64,000 bases of DNA. Source: an uncultured bacterium. Lineage in GTDB: Bacteria > Patescibacteriota > Minisyncoccia > UBA6257 > 2-01-FULL-56-20. Both the position numbers and the translations under genes were made by a program. Shown here piece by piece: positions 20,621-29,266 of the stretch. The notes under the pieces are model-generated. The model was not told the origin of the DNA. It worked only from the letters and a program-made list of their open reading frames with translations, and searched no databases. Each line of letters begins with the position of its first letter. The stretch's first letter is position 1. The stretch lies in assembly GCA_963719425.1 (NCBI GenBank), contig OY970382.1:244862-308861 (forward strand), read 5' to 3'.

Positions 20621-21916
20621 TTATCTTCCTATGCCGCCATAGAGAATGTTGGCGGCCAGAAATTCCTGTTTATTGAAGCAATTGCGTCCGTCAATTACTA
20701 TCCCGACGCCGTGCCGGGAAAAATATTCCGGCTTTAAATCTCTGAATTCTTTATGGGCGGTTGTAATAATGACTCCTTGGGTTCCCTGTAAAGCTTGGCG
20801 TAAGCTCTTTGTCGATTTGGCAGGCAGGTAGGGATCGTAGGCTGTCGTCTCTATCCCTTGAGCCTGTAAATGAGCGATAACTTCATAAGCCGGGCTTTCG
20901 CGATCGTCGGCCACATCCGGCTTGTACGCAAGCCCCAAAACGGCCACTTTTGAACCGGCAGGGGAAATATTTTTTTCTTTAAATTTTTTCAACAATAAAC
21001 CCACCGTAAAGTTGGGCATTTGATTGTTAATTTTTCTGGCTAGGGAAAGGAACTCATGCCGGAAGCCGTTTTGCTTGGCGTACTCTATTAAGTAGTAAGG
21101 GTCAACAGGAATACAATGGCCGCCAACACCTGCGCCGGGATAGTGCGCCATAAATGCGAATGGTTTTGTTGCCGCACCATTGATGACGTTCACCACGTCA
21201 ATACCAAGCTTCGCGAACGACATCGCGAGTTCGTTCACAAAGGCAATGTTGATATCACGGAAAGAGTTTTCTACGATTTTCACTGCTTCGGCCTCCTTGA
21301 GTGATTCCATTTCTTTTACGGGAGCTTTCACGATGGAACGATAAAATTTGGCGGCACGTTGGAGGCTCTCCGTATTAAAACCGCCGACAACGCGCGGAAT
21401 GTTCTCTACGTTCCATTTCAAGTCTCCGGGATTGATCCGCTCGGGACAATGTGCCATGAAGAAATCCTTCCCAACCGTGAGACCGGAGGTCTTTTCCAAA
21501 ATCGGGATTGCCACTTCATCACACACACCGGGGTTCACCGTTGATTCAAGAATAACGAGTTGTCCTTTTTTCAGATGTTTCCCGATTGATTCACACGCCT
21601 TTTGTACCGGACCAAGATCTGGACGATAGTCTTCGTGAACCGGAGTGGGTACACAAATTACGACGATGTCTACATTCCTAAGAACGCCAAAGTCGGCCGT
21701 TGCACGAAGCGACGACTTTTTGAGAAGCAGGGCCAACCCTCTCTCTGGGATTAAGGACGGGGGCAGCGTTCTCTTATTTATCGCTGCTATCTTTTTAGTA
21801 TCTAAATCAATACCGATCACGTCGTATCCTCTACGGTCAGCTAAAATGGCGAGGGGGAGCCCGACATAGCCCAGGCCAACAATTGCAACGTTTTTAGGCG
21901 TCCTTGCTTTTTTCAT
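20621..21916 (-). CDS. nucleotide-sugar dehydrogenase (UDP-glucose/UDP-GlcNAc 6-dehydrogenase family)
   Basis: N-terminal NAD fold VAIVGLGYVGLPLA, catalytic Cys region GGHCIPVDPYYL, about 431 aa. Confidence 0.85.
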   Translation of the reverse strand: MKKARTPKNVAIVGLGYVGLPLAILADRRGYDVIGIDLDTKKIAAINKRTLPPSLIPERGLALLLKKSSLRATADFGVLRNVDIVVICVPTPVHEDYRPDLGPVQKACESIGKHLKKGQLVILESTVNPGVCDEVAIPILEKTSGLTVGKDFFMAHCPERINPGDLKWNVENIPRVVGGFNTESLQRAAKFYRSIVKAPVKEMESLKEAEAVKIVENSFRDINIAFVNELAMSFAKLGIDVVNVINGAATKPFAFMAHYPGAGVGGHCIPVDPYYLIEYAKQNGFRHEFLSLARKINNQMPNFTVGLLLKKFKEKNISPAGSKVAVLGLAYKPDVADDRESPAYEVIAHLQAQGIETTAYDPYLPAKSTKSLRQALQGTQGVIITTAHKEFRDLKPEYFSRHGVGIVIDGRNCFNKQEFLAANILYGGIGR

Positions 21917-22048
21917 CGTTCGTTAAGGCTTTATTAAATCCCGCTACTTATACTCCATTACGAATGATTTGTAAAGGGGAGGAATGTATGCTCTTAGTGA
22001 TGCGGCGCATAGCTCGAATGCTATGCGCCGTTGTCCTCTTGCTCTGCC

Positions 22049-22831
22049 CTACTTGCAAAAGCCATTCATTTTCAGGATGAGATCCCGGGGGATCCCGAGA
22101 TCTTTGATCACCGTGAGGAGGGTCTGATATCCTACGAAGAGTCGCTTAGCCTGACTCGAAACTGTCTCGGAACTGTATTTCGTGTTAATTTTTTCGGAAA
22201 TGTGTGGTCCGTACAGTGCCGGATGGGGAATCTCGGTCACTCTCGCTTCCGGTTTGGCATCCCATATCCGGAGAACAATTTCCATCGGAACGCCATAGCC
22301 TGCGGTGATGAGATTGGATCCCAAGAGATGAGCGTAGCGGCCCGGAAAACCCACATACCCACTACGGACATCGGTCAGGTTCCACGATGTAATCGTCCGG
22401 ACCATCTTCGTAAACATCATGTTGAGGAGGATCCGGTCAGTGGGCGTATGTGTCTGTTTGGAAAACGGATGGAAACGTGAACAAATTACAAGATCGCTCC
22501 CGTCCTTCAGGTTGGAAACGACGCTTGGCAAAAGCTCGAGGTCATGCTGCCCGTCGCCATCGAGCTTCACGACCCACATAACACCCTTGAGCTTCGCCGC
22601 GATGAAGGCGAGGCCCGTGCGCGTAGCTGCCCCGACCCCCTCATGGACGTCTGACTCCAGAACGAAGTCGGTATACCTTTTGGCGATTCCTGCGGTTCCA
22701 TCAGTCGAGCGATCGTCCGAGACAACGATCGTTGTTAGATGGCCGCAAACACTTTTGGGAACCGCGGACAGAATATTCCCGATAGTCTCACACTCATTTC
22801 TTGCCGGTATCAAAATTACCAGCTTTCCCAT
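22049..22831 (-). CDS. family-2 glycosyltransferase, polyprenol-phosphate sugar transferase (DPM1-like)
   Basis: LVILIPARNECETI ... VVSDDRSTDGT, a GT-A DxD region, soluble of about 260 aa. Start taken at MGKLVIL. Confidence 0.7.
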   Translation of the reverse strand: MGKLVILIPARNECETIGNILSAVPKSVCGHLTTIVVSDDRSTDGTAGIAKRYTDFVLESDVHEGVGAATRTGLAFIAAKLKGVMWVVKLDGDGQHDLELLPSVVSNLKDGSDLVICSRFHPFSKQTHTPTDRILLNMMFTKMVRTITSWNLTDVRSGYVGFPGRYAHLLGSNLITAGYGVPMEIVLRIWDAKPEARVTEIPHPALYGPHISEKINTKYSSETVSSQAKRLFVGYQTLLTVIKDLGIPRDLILKMNGFCK

Positions 22832-23198
22832 GTTTTTACCCTCTCTTTCTGTGCGTTGCGGCAAGCCGCAAAACTGCTGGGAATCTAATGTAATTTTAAT
22901 CTTTTGTCAATAGCAGTGGCCCGCACATATCTGCTTCACAAAAAGCCGCGGGTTCTTGCGGTCCGCCTTCTCTGGAAACGAGTGGTCTTCGTTAGAACTC
23001 GGAGGATATTTGAGGGAGTTGCCAAAGCTGATAAATAGAACGTTGGTAATGGTGTAATTTCCAAAAATGATGTCGGTGTTGGCAGTGATGGCAAGGGTCT
23101 AGCGACATTCACAACGTACATACGTTCATTTGTCCGAATCCTGCGCAGATTATCATCTCGTCTTTGCAACGAGACTTTTTTTCATCTATGCTGTTTGT

Positions 23199-23963
23199 AT
23201 GGAAAACCTCGAAAAGCGAGAAATAAAAGAGGGGCGTCACTACCCATACGATGCCATTATTGTTTTCGGTGGCGGGTTGCATAAGCTCGGAGAAAAGTAT
23301 TATCCCACGGATTACCGCCAAGGCGATCAATTTGGGATGCTCGGCGCAGGAATACGCATGGCAGCGGCGCTTGAGCTTTATTTCCAAAAGAAAGCCAAAG
23401 AGTTTGTTTTTACGACCGGGGTCACTGAGAAAAGTAGGTCCGAATATGGCCCTGATGTGCCCACGGAGGCCGCGGTGTATAGAGAAAAATTTCTTCGTTC
23501 TTTAGACGCCCTGAAGAAGCGCGGAGATTATAAGGAAAAGTTTAAGGAAGTAGAAGCGCCAGATGTTATACTGGAAGATAAATCCTTTAGTACGCTGAGT
23601 AATATACAAGAAATTTTGCAGATTATTCAGAATAGGGGGTGGAAGAAGGTCGCCATTGTGAGTAGTGATTATCATATGCCCCGCGTTAGGGCGTTGTACC
23701 AGCAAGCCCTCGGGCAGCATAAAGAAATTCTTATCGACATTGATTTTCGTTCTGCGGAAGACATTGTCAAGGAAGCTGAGCCTGGCAAATACGATGACGT
23801 GATCAAGAGGGCTTACAAATCAGAAGAAGCCCGCAGGAGAGTATCAAATGAGGCTAGGGGTCTGGAAGATATAAAATCTGGCAAATACGCAGTTGGTGAA
23901 TTTCAATTGAAAAATGAGGGAGATCAGAAAACTGACTCCGACCAAAAGCACCGTAATGATTAA
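23199..23963 (+). CDS. DUF218/YdcF-like (SanA/ElyC family) protein
   Basis: YDAIIVFGGG ... KVAIVSSDYHMPRV pattern typical of DUF218. Start taken at MENLEKRE. Confidence 0.55.
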   Translation: MENLEKREIKEGRHYPYDAIIVFGGGLHKLGEKYYPTDYRQGDQFGMLGAGIRMAAALELYFQKKAKEFVFTTGVTEKSRSEYGPDVPTEAAVYREKFLRSLDALKKRGDYKEKFKEVEAPDVILEDKSFSTLSNIQEILQIIQNRGWKKVAIVSSDYHMPRVRALYQQALGQHKEILIDIDFRSAEDIVKEAEPGKYDDVIKRAYKSEEARRRVSNEARGLEDIKSGKYAVGEFQLKNEGDQKTDSDQKHRND

Positions 23964-24129
23964 TAGCTTGGAATAGCTTTCAAAATCGTTCGAAGATCGC
24001 CCGAGTTCAACTCCACTTGCTTCTCAGAGTTTTCTGGTCAAAAAACGCAAAAATGGCGCTCTGTGAGTATTGATTTTACTAGAGTTCCGATATCAATAGA
24101 ACTGTGGAAGTGCTGGGTCTTGAACGAAC

Positions 24130-26268
24130 CTACCAATTCACTTGACTCGTGGTTATAACCGTTGTCCAGGGACCAGAAGGGACGTTGCTCGCGGGGACAA
24201 ATTGCCAGTTAACCTGGTTTTCGGCGTTGTCTAATCCGTTGAAGCCCAAACAATCCCTCAAGGCCGGAGACACGTCCATGCCCGCACTGTTGGCTTGCTT
24301 GTTGAGTGGGCGCTGGTCATTCGTGCCAAAAACATAATTGTAGTCGGCGTAGTCAAAGGGTCCGGCGTCTTCGTTCTGGCCGTAGCAAACATTGCTGCCC
24401 TTGGTCAGCTTAACCCAGACGTTTTTCATATAGGAATAATTTTGTGAAGTGTTGCCGGTATACCAGGGAATATTCACTCTCCAGGCATAAGCCGTCGGAT
24501 TATTTATGTCGTCAAACGGCACATCCAAATAGAAAGGATTTTCTTTCGGGTAAAAACTCGTCGGGAAAAAAGGATAGGTACGGAGAGCGGTGTCATCCAC
24601 TCCGCCATAGTCCGCTTCCCACGAACCATCATACGTTGAGATGGTATTGACCTCGGTATAACCGGGAATGGAGCCTTCACCTATCCAAAACACGGTGGCG
24701 GTAATGTTAGTGTGCCAGGGATAAGGACTGCCGGTAGAAGTCGGGGTTGTTGAGGTCGGCGTTGAGGTCGGCGTGCTCTGCACGAAGGTGTTCGTGATAG
24801 CACAGGTGACCGCGCTCGCGCCCATCGTTCCCGCGCAGGCGTTGCCCAGCGCGATCGTGTAACTCGCAGAGTTTGTTGTTGTCGCTTCGGCCACGGAATA
24901 GGCGTCGCCTTGCGTGATCGCAAAGTTTTTGCTCGCTGCAGCGGCTCCGCTAAAGACGGTCGTCGCGGCATCCTTCACGGTAAGGTTAAAATTCGCAGCC
25001 GTTGCCGAACCGCCGTTTACGGAAATCGTCACGGTGAGCGTTGATGTCGGCGTGGGGGCCGGCGGGGTAACCGGCGCTGCAGCGATGCCTATCGTATAGC
25101 TCCGCGTGGATGAGCTCGCGCCGTTCGTGGCTTTTATGGAAAAGGTGGATGTTCCTGCCGTTCCTGGCATTCCTGCGATCGTGGTGGTAACGCTCACCGA
25201 GGAAGTATTGAGCGATAGACCGTTCGGCAAGCTTCCCGAATTTACGCTCCAGGCGAAAGGCCCGTTTGCGGTTGTTGAAGCAGTGAGAACGGCCGGCCCA
25301 TAGGCGACGCTTGCGGTGCCATTCGGGATCGTTGAAGGAATAATGGCGAGAGCGGGCGCGGGTGCGGGTGGGGGCGGGGGAACGTAGGTGTCCGTAATGG
25401 TGCAGTTTGTACTCGCGGTTCCCGCGGTGCCGGAACAGGCAGTGCTCATACTTATGGTATAGTTGGCCGAGTTTGAAGTGGTTGCTTCACTTACGAGATA
25501 GGCATCGCCCTGCGTGAGGGTAAAGGAAAGCGGTGTGGAAGATCCTGCGCCGGAGAAGAGAGTTAACGACGCGGTGTTGTCTATCGCCGTGACATTGAAG
25601 TCGCTCGCGGCCGCCGTACCTCCGTTCACAACAAGGTTAATGGTAAGGGTGGTCGTTGCGGGGGAGGGAGATGTGCCTGAACCACCACCACCCCTGCCAC
25701 CGCCACCGCCTCCTCCGGAAGGAGGAGTTGAAGTTGGCGTGGGAGTCGGTGTCGGAGTTTTGTGTTTATTCTGCAGCGACCAAAGTTGTTGGAAGAGACC
25801 ACCGATGCGTGCTTGGAGGAGCGTCACCGAATTCAAGCTGGTCGGGGTCTGAATCCCTGTCGGCGGCGTTGTCGTTGTAGAACTTGTCACTGGGCCGATT
25901 TGGAATGCGCCAAATTGGCTCTGATAGGTTTGCAGTTCCAATGCGAGCACGTCATTCGCTTTCGCCCGAGTGAGGGGGCCGAAGTAACCACTCACCGGCG
26001 AGATATTGTTCTTTGTCTGGAAATCCTTCACGCCCTTTAGCGTGAGCGAGAAGAAATTGCCGGTGATGGGGCCGGAGTAAGCTCCTTCGTTCGTAAGGAA
26101 TTGCTGGAGATTGGTAACGTCGGCGTTGTTCGTTAGTCCGAAATAAAGATTGTTCGCGAAAGATTGGCTCGCTGCGCCCACAGAGATCGGCGCGCCCAAA
26201 AGGCCGAAAGAAGCTACTCCCGCAACCCCAAGCGCTATACCGATAGAATAAGGCTTGCGCATGGTCAT
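24130..26268 (-). CDS. secreted peptidoglycan-binding protein with two Ig-like two-Cys modules and an unknown C-terminal domain
   Basis: Signal peptide. N-terminal PG_binding_1-like region (TNLQQFLTNEGAYSGPITGNF). PT-rich linkers. Two about 95-aa modules that resemble modules in the giant protein. Aromatic-rich C-terminal domain about 240 aa long. Confidence 0.75.
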   Translation of the reverse strand: MTMRKPYSIGIALGVAGVASFGLLGAPISVGAASQSFANNLYFGLTNNADVTNLQQFLTNEGAYSGPITGNFFSLTLKGVKDFQTKNNISPVSGYFGPLTRAKANDVLALELQTYQSQFGAFQIGPVTSSTTTTPPTGIQTPTSLNSVTLLQARIGGLFQQLWSLQNKHKTPTPTPTPTSTPPSGGGGGGGRGGGGSGTSPSPATTTLTINLVVNGGTAAASDFNVTAIDNTASLTLFSGAGSSTPLSFTLTQGDAYLVSEATTSNSANYTISMSTACSGTAGTASTNCTITDTYVPPPPPAPAPALAIIPSTIPNGTASVAYGPAVLTASTTANGPFAWSVNSGSLPNGLSLNTSSVSVTTTIAGMPGTAGTSTFSIKATNGASSSTRSYTIGIAAAPVTPPAPTPTSTLTVTISVNGGSATAANFNLTVKDAATTVFSGAAAASKNFAITQGDAYSVAEATTTNSASYTIALGNACAGTMGASAVTCAITNTFVQSTPTSTPTSTTPTSTGSPYPWHTNITATVFWIGEGSIPGYTEVNTISTYDGSWEADYGGVDDTALRTYPFFPTSFYPKENPFYLDVPFDDINNPTAYAWRVNIPWYTGNTSQNYSYMKNVWVKLTKGSNVCYGQNEDAGPFDYADYNYVFGTNDQRPLNKQANSAGMDVSPALRDCLGFNGLDNAENQVNWQFVPASNVPSGPWTTVITTSQVNW

Positions 26269-26320
26269 ATATTGGTACGGTAGAGGATACTTTATGTTAC
26301 ATAAAAGGTCAAGCACTCTT

Positions 26321-27073
26321 TTAAGGAACGGGTTTCGCGAGTTCTCTCGCGAGCCAAAGATGCTCGGCGGTGTTTACTCCGACGCCCTCGAGCGGATTGG
26401 CATCCATGGAGGCAACAGCATCGCCCCCATCAATAGCAATCCGCACAAGGTCGGTGAGGTAATATTCTTGCCGCGCGTTATCGTTCGTGAGTTTTTTGAG
26501 ATGCTCCCAAAGCCATTCAGCGTTGAAGCAGAAATAGGAGGGACTTATCTCACAAATCTCAAGTTCGTGTGGCAGTGCATCCTTTTTCTCAACGATTCGC
26601 ACGATGCGACCTTTGTTATCGCGCACGATCCGCCCGGAATCGTAAAATGGCGCACGCCACTCTTTGAAGTCGGGGACGAAGGTGGTCATCATCGTGAGCA
26701 TCGGCCCATCGCGGCGGTGGAGCGCCTCCAGATCTCTAATAGTGGAGGGACGAACGAAAGGGTGGTCTCCGTAAAGCACCACAACCGCGTCCGTTTTACC
26801 TTTCAGGACCGGCTCGGTCTGTTGCACGGCATGTCCCGTTCCCAATTGTGATTTTTGAAGCACGTACGTATAGCGTGGCCCGAAAGTTTGTTGCACCTCT
26901 GCGGCGCCATGCCCCACCACAATGACCGGCTCGCTATCAACACCCGACGATGCGACGGACTCAAGCAAATATGACATCATCGGTTTTCCTTGAAGGGGAA
27001 TAAGCACCTTCGGCTTTTCCGAGAGCATTCGCTTGCCTTTACCGCCGGCAAGCACGACAACGCGGGTTTTCAT
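26321..27073 (-). CDS. sugar-1-phosphate nucleotidyltransferase, GlmU N-terminal-domain-like (uridylyltransferase only)
   Basis: LAGGKGKRM, LGTGHAVQQ, VLYGDHPF motifs. No left-handed beta-helix acetyltransferase domain is present (250 aa). Confidence 0.7.
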   Translation of the reverse strand: MKTRVVVLAGGKGKRMLSEKPKVLIPLQGKPMMSYLLESVASSGVDSEPVIVVGHGAAEVQQTFGPRYTYVLQKSQLGTGHAVQQTEPVLKGKTDAVVVLYGDHPFVRPSTIRDLEALHRRDGPMLTMMTTFVPDFKEWRAPFYDSGRIVRDNKGRIVRIVEKKDALPHELEICEISPSYFCFNAEWLWEHLKKLTNDNARQEYYLTDLVRIAIDGGDAVASMDANPLEGVGVNTAEHLWLARELAKPVP

Positions 27074-27139
27074 TTACCCCATTTGTATATGGCGCCTTCC
27101 TATTTGTCAAGGGAGATTTTTTGTCCTACGCTTGAGGGG

Positions 27140-27275
27140 AAGGGAGTCCGGAAGAGCTTCGTGGGGTCCAACTCCACCGCCTGTGGGTGTGCCATACACA
27201 TACCACAAAAAGGAGTGGACCTCTCCGGACTCCCTCAAAAACAAAAACGCCCATTGGAGGGCGTCTTTGCGTTGT
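27140..27275 (+). ncRNA. candidate structured small RNA with downstream hairpin
   Basis: A 14-bp outer helix GGGAGTCCGGA(A)GAG (27142-27156) pairs with CTCTCCGGACTCCC (27221-27234). It encloses nested helices (GTCCAACTCC with GGAGTGGAC). The ACGCCC-attgga-GGGCGT hairpin follows at 27247-27266. A possible TTGTCA-N17-TACGCT promoter lies at 27104-27132. Confidence 0.2.
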
Positions 27276-27316
27276 ATACGTTTTTCTTTGGGGTTGTGTT
27301 GCGCTATAATCACGGT

Positions 27317-28684
27317 ATGGATGCCATACAGGGCATTTTGAATGCGGCAGGCGAGGTGTTTTGGTATGCGTGGTGGCTATGGATCCCCCTCATTTTGTTC
27401 CCGCTCTTTGAGTCCACGTGGCTTTTCTGGCGGCAGCAGGTTTTCAAGCGCGAATTGGAGTTCGTGCACATGGAGATCCGCATTCCCCGCGAGGTCAAGA
27501 GGAGCCCGAGGGCGATGGAGCAGGTACTCATGACCATCCACCAACTCCGGAACGAAGCGGCAGACCCGGAAGAAAAATGGTGGGACGGCGAGGTCACGCG
27601 CTGGTACGCGCTGGAGTTAGTAAGCTTCGGCGGAGATATCCACCTGTACGTACGCGCGTGGAGAAAGCAGAAGGAGATTATCCAGGCGGCGTTCTTTGCC
27701 CACTATCCTGACGTGGAGATCGTGGAAACGGATGATTATATTGACCGATTGCCTGCGAGCGTAGGAGAAATGTATAAAAGTGGCTACGACCTTTGGGGGT
27801 CCGAATTCGTCCTCGCGCGCGAACCTGCCTACCCTATCAGGAGCTACATGGATTTTGAATCGCCGGATGAGGAAAAACAGTTTGATCCCATGTCCACCTT
27901 CCTTGAGGTTCTCGGTAAGGTGAAGCGCGAGGAGGTTATATGCATTCAGTATCTCATCGCGCCGGCGAGCATGGATTGGAGAGACAGGTATCAACCCTTG
28001 GTTGAAGATTTGCGCACGAGGCATCAAAAGATTGGCGCGGCCGGAGGAGCGAAACACACCCTCGGGATGGAATTCCCGCACATCCTCCCAACATTCCCGG
28101 TGAAAAAGAGCGGAGAAGGTGAGGATAGTCTGCGCGTCATTGGAAGGGCGATCATGACGCGGACGCCGGGCGAGACAGATGTTTTAAAGGCGGTGGAGGA
28201 GAACATCGCTCTCCCGCCGTTTAATACCCTCATCCGGTTCGTCTATCTCTCGCCGAAGGAACTGTATTTTGACACGCTGCCGCGCCGTGGATTGCGCGGC
28301 GCATTCAACCAATATGCCGCTGCTGACCTTAACTGGTTTGAGCGGAACGAGAAAATCAGCACGAGGGTGAAGATATGGGACTTTCCGTTCTTTTTTCCGC
28401 ATGCACGCCTTGATCGCAGAAAAAACCGCGTGCTTGCGGACTATCGCGCGCGGGAAATCCCGCCGGAGACCTCCGTGGGGAAGCTTATCCGCTCCAAATT
28501 TTTGCATTGGGAGCATTCCCGTCGGGTTCTTTTGAGTGTGCGGTCGCTTGCGACGCTCTTCCATCCGCCAACCTATCAGGTGCTCACGGCACCACACATC
28601 AAACGGGTGGAGAGCAGGAAGGCGGGCGCGCCGGCGGGTCTTGCGATCTACGGCGGGGAAGAGGAAATGGAAAAGTTCAAATAA
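27317..28684 (+). CDS. hypothetical membrane-anchored protein (455 aa), first gene of the ATPase-1 operon
   Basis: N-terminal TM (VFWYAWWLWIPLILFPLF). No recognisable domain. TATAAT at 27305-27310 lies exactly 6 nt before the ATG. The ORF-track 5' extension to 26990 would overlap the divergent GlmU-like gene and was rejected. Confidence 0.6.
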   Translation: MDAIQGILNAAGEVFWYAWWLWIPLILFPLFESTWLFWRQQVFKRELEFVHMEIRIPREVKRSPRAMEQVLMTIHQLRNEAADPEEKWWDGEVTRWYALELVSFGGDIHLYVRAWRKQKEIIQAAFFAHYPDVEIVETDDYIDRLPASVGEMYKSGYDLWGSEFVLAREPAYPIRSYMDFESPDEEKQFDPMSTFLEVLGKVKREEVICIQYLIAPASMDWRDRYQPLVEDLRTRHQKIGAAGGAKHTLGMEFPHILPTFPVKKSGEGEDSLRVIGRAIMTRTPGETDVLKAVEENIALPPFNTLIRFVYLSPKELYFDTLPRRGLRGAFNQYAAADLNWFERNEKISTRVKIWDFPFFFPHARLDRRKNRVLADYRAREIPPETSVGKLIRSKFLHWEHSRRVLLSVRSLATLFHPPTYQVLTAPHIKRVESRKAGAPAGLAIYGGEEEMEKFK

Positions 28685-29259
28685 TGGTAATACTCACAAT
28701 TATCAAGTGGATCTGCATTGTGATTGTGATACTGCTCATTGTGGGCTTCATCTTTGCGTTTTATACGGGCTGGTTTTACCACCCGTTCATGGTGATTATC
28801 ACAATTATCAAGTGGATCTGCATTGTGATTATGATACTGCTCGCCGGGGGCTTCATCTTTGCGTTGTATAAGGGTTGGTCGTACCACCCGCGTTATGAAT
28901 TGGAAACGCGGAAAGCGAAGAAAATATTCACCCTGCGCGACGTGGTGACGAAGGAGCACTGGGAATCCATTGTGAGGAAGTTCTCGCTGGGAACGCCGGA
29001 GGCCGCGCGGGAAGCCGTCATTGAGGCCGATGCGCTCGTGGACACAGTGTTGAAGAGTATGGAAATTCCCGGGCAGCATCTCGCCGACCGGTTGTCCAAT
29101 CTGGAGCCGGAGGAAATTGCGTCGCTCGATCGGGCATGGCGGGCGCACCGCACGCGGAACGATCTCGTGCACACGCCGGGATTTGCGCTGACCGAAAAGG
29201 AGGCGCAAAAGACGCTTGAGGACTACGAGGCTTTTCTCAAAGATTTGGGAGTGCTATAA
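28684..29259 (+). CDS. two-TM membrane protein with duplicated TM segment and helical cytoplasmic C-terminal domain
   Basis: TAATG overlap with the upstream gene. Two near-identical segments (TIIKWICIVI(V/M)ILL..GFIFA.Y.GW.YHP). Confidence 0.55.
   Translation: MVILTIIKWICIVIVILLIVGFIFAFYTGWFYHPFMVIITIIKWICIVIMILLAGGFIFALYKGWSYHPRYELETRKAKKIFTLRDVVTKEHWESIVRKFSLGTPEAAREAVIEADALVDTVLKSMEIPGQHLADRLSNLEPEEIASLDRAWRAHRTRNDLVHTPGFALTEKEAQKTLEDYEAFLKDLGVL
28690..28893 (+). repeat. approximately 102-bp tandem direct duplication (about 90% identical) encoding two TM helices
   Basis: atcacaattatcaagtggatctgcattgtgatt ... appears at about 28693 and again at about 28796. Confidence 0.6.
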
Positions 29260-29266
29260 CGAGGCC

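Noticed and set aside
27140-27275. Identification of the structured element as SRP (4.5S) RNA because of a GUCCGGAAG segment
   Set aside because: The GGAA is not positioned as a tetraloop closed by the conserved helix-8 pairs, and the symmetric/asymmetric loop motifs of SRP domain IV are absent. It is kept only as an unclassified candidate.
26990-27316. 5' extension of the ORF 26990..28684
   Set aside because: It would overlap the divergent GlmU-like gene (start 27073) and run through the intergenic structured region. The ATG at 27317, 6 nt after a TATAAT and just before the first TM helix, is the credible start.
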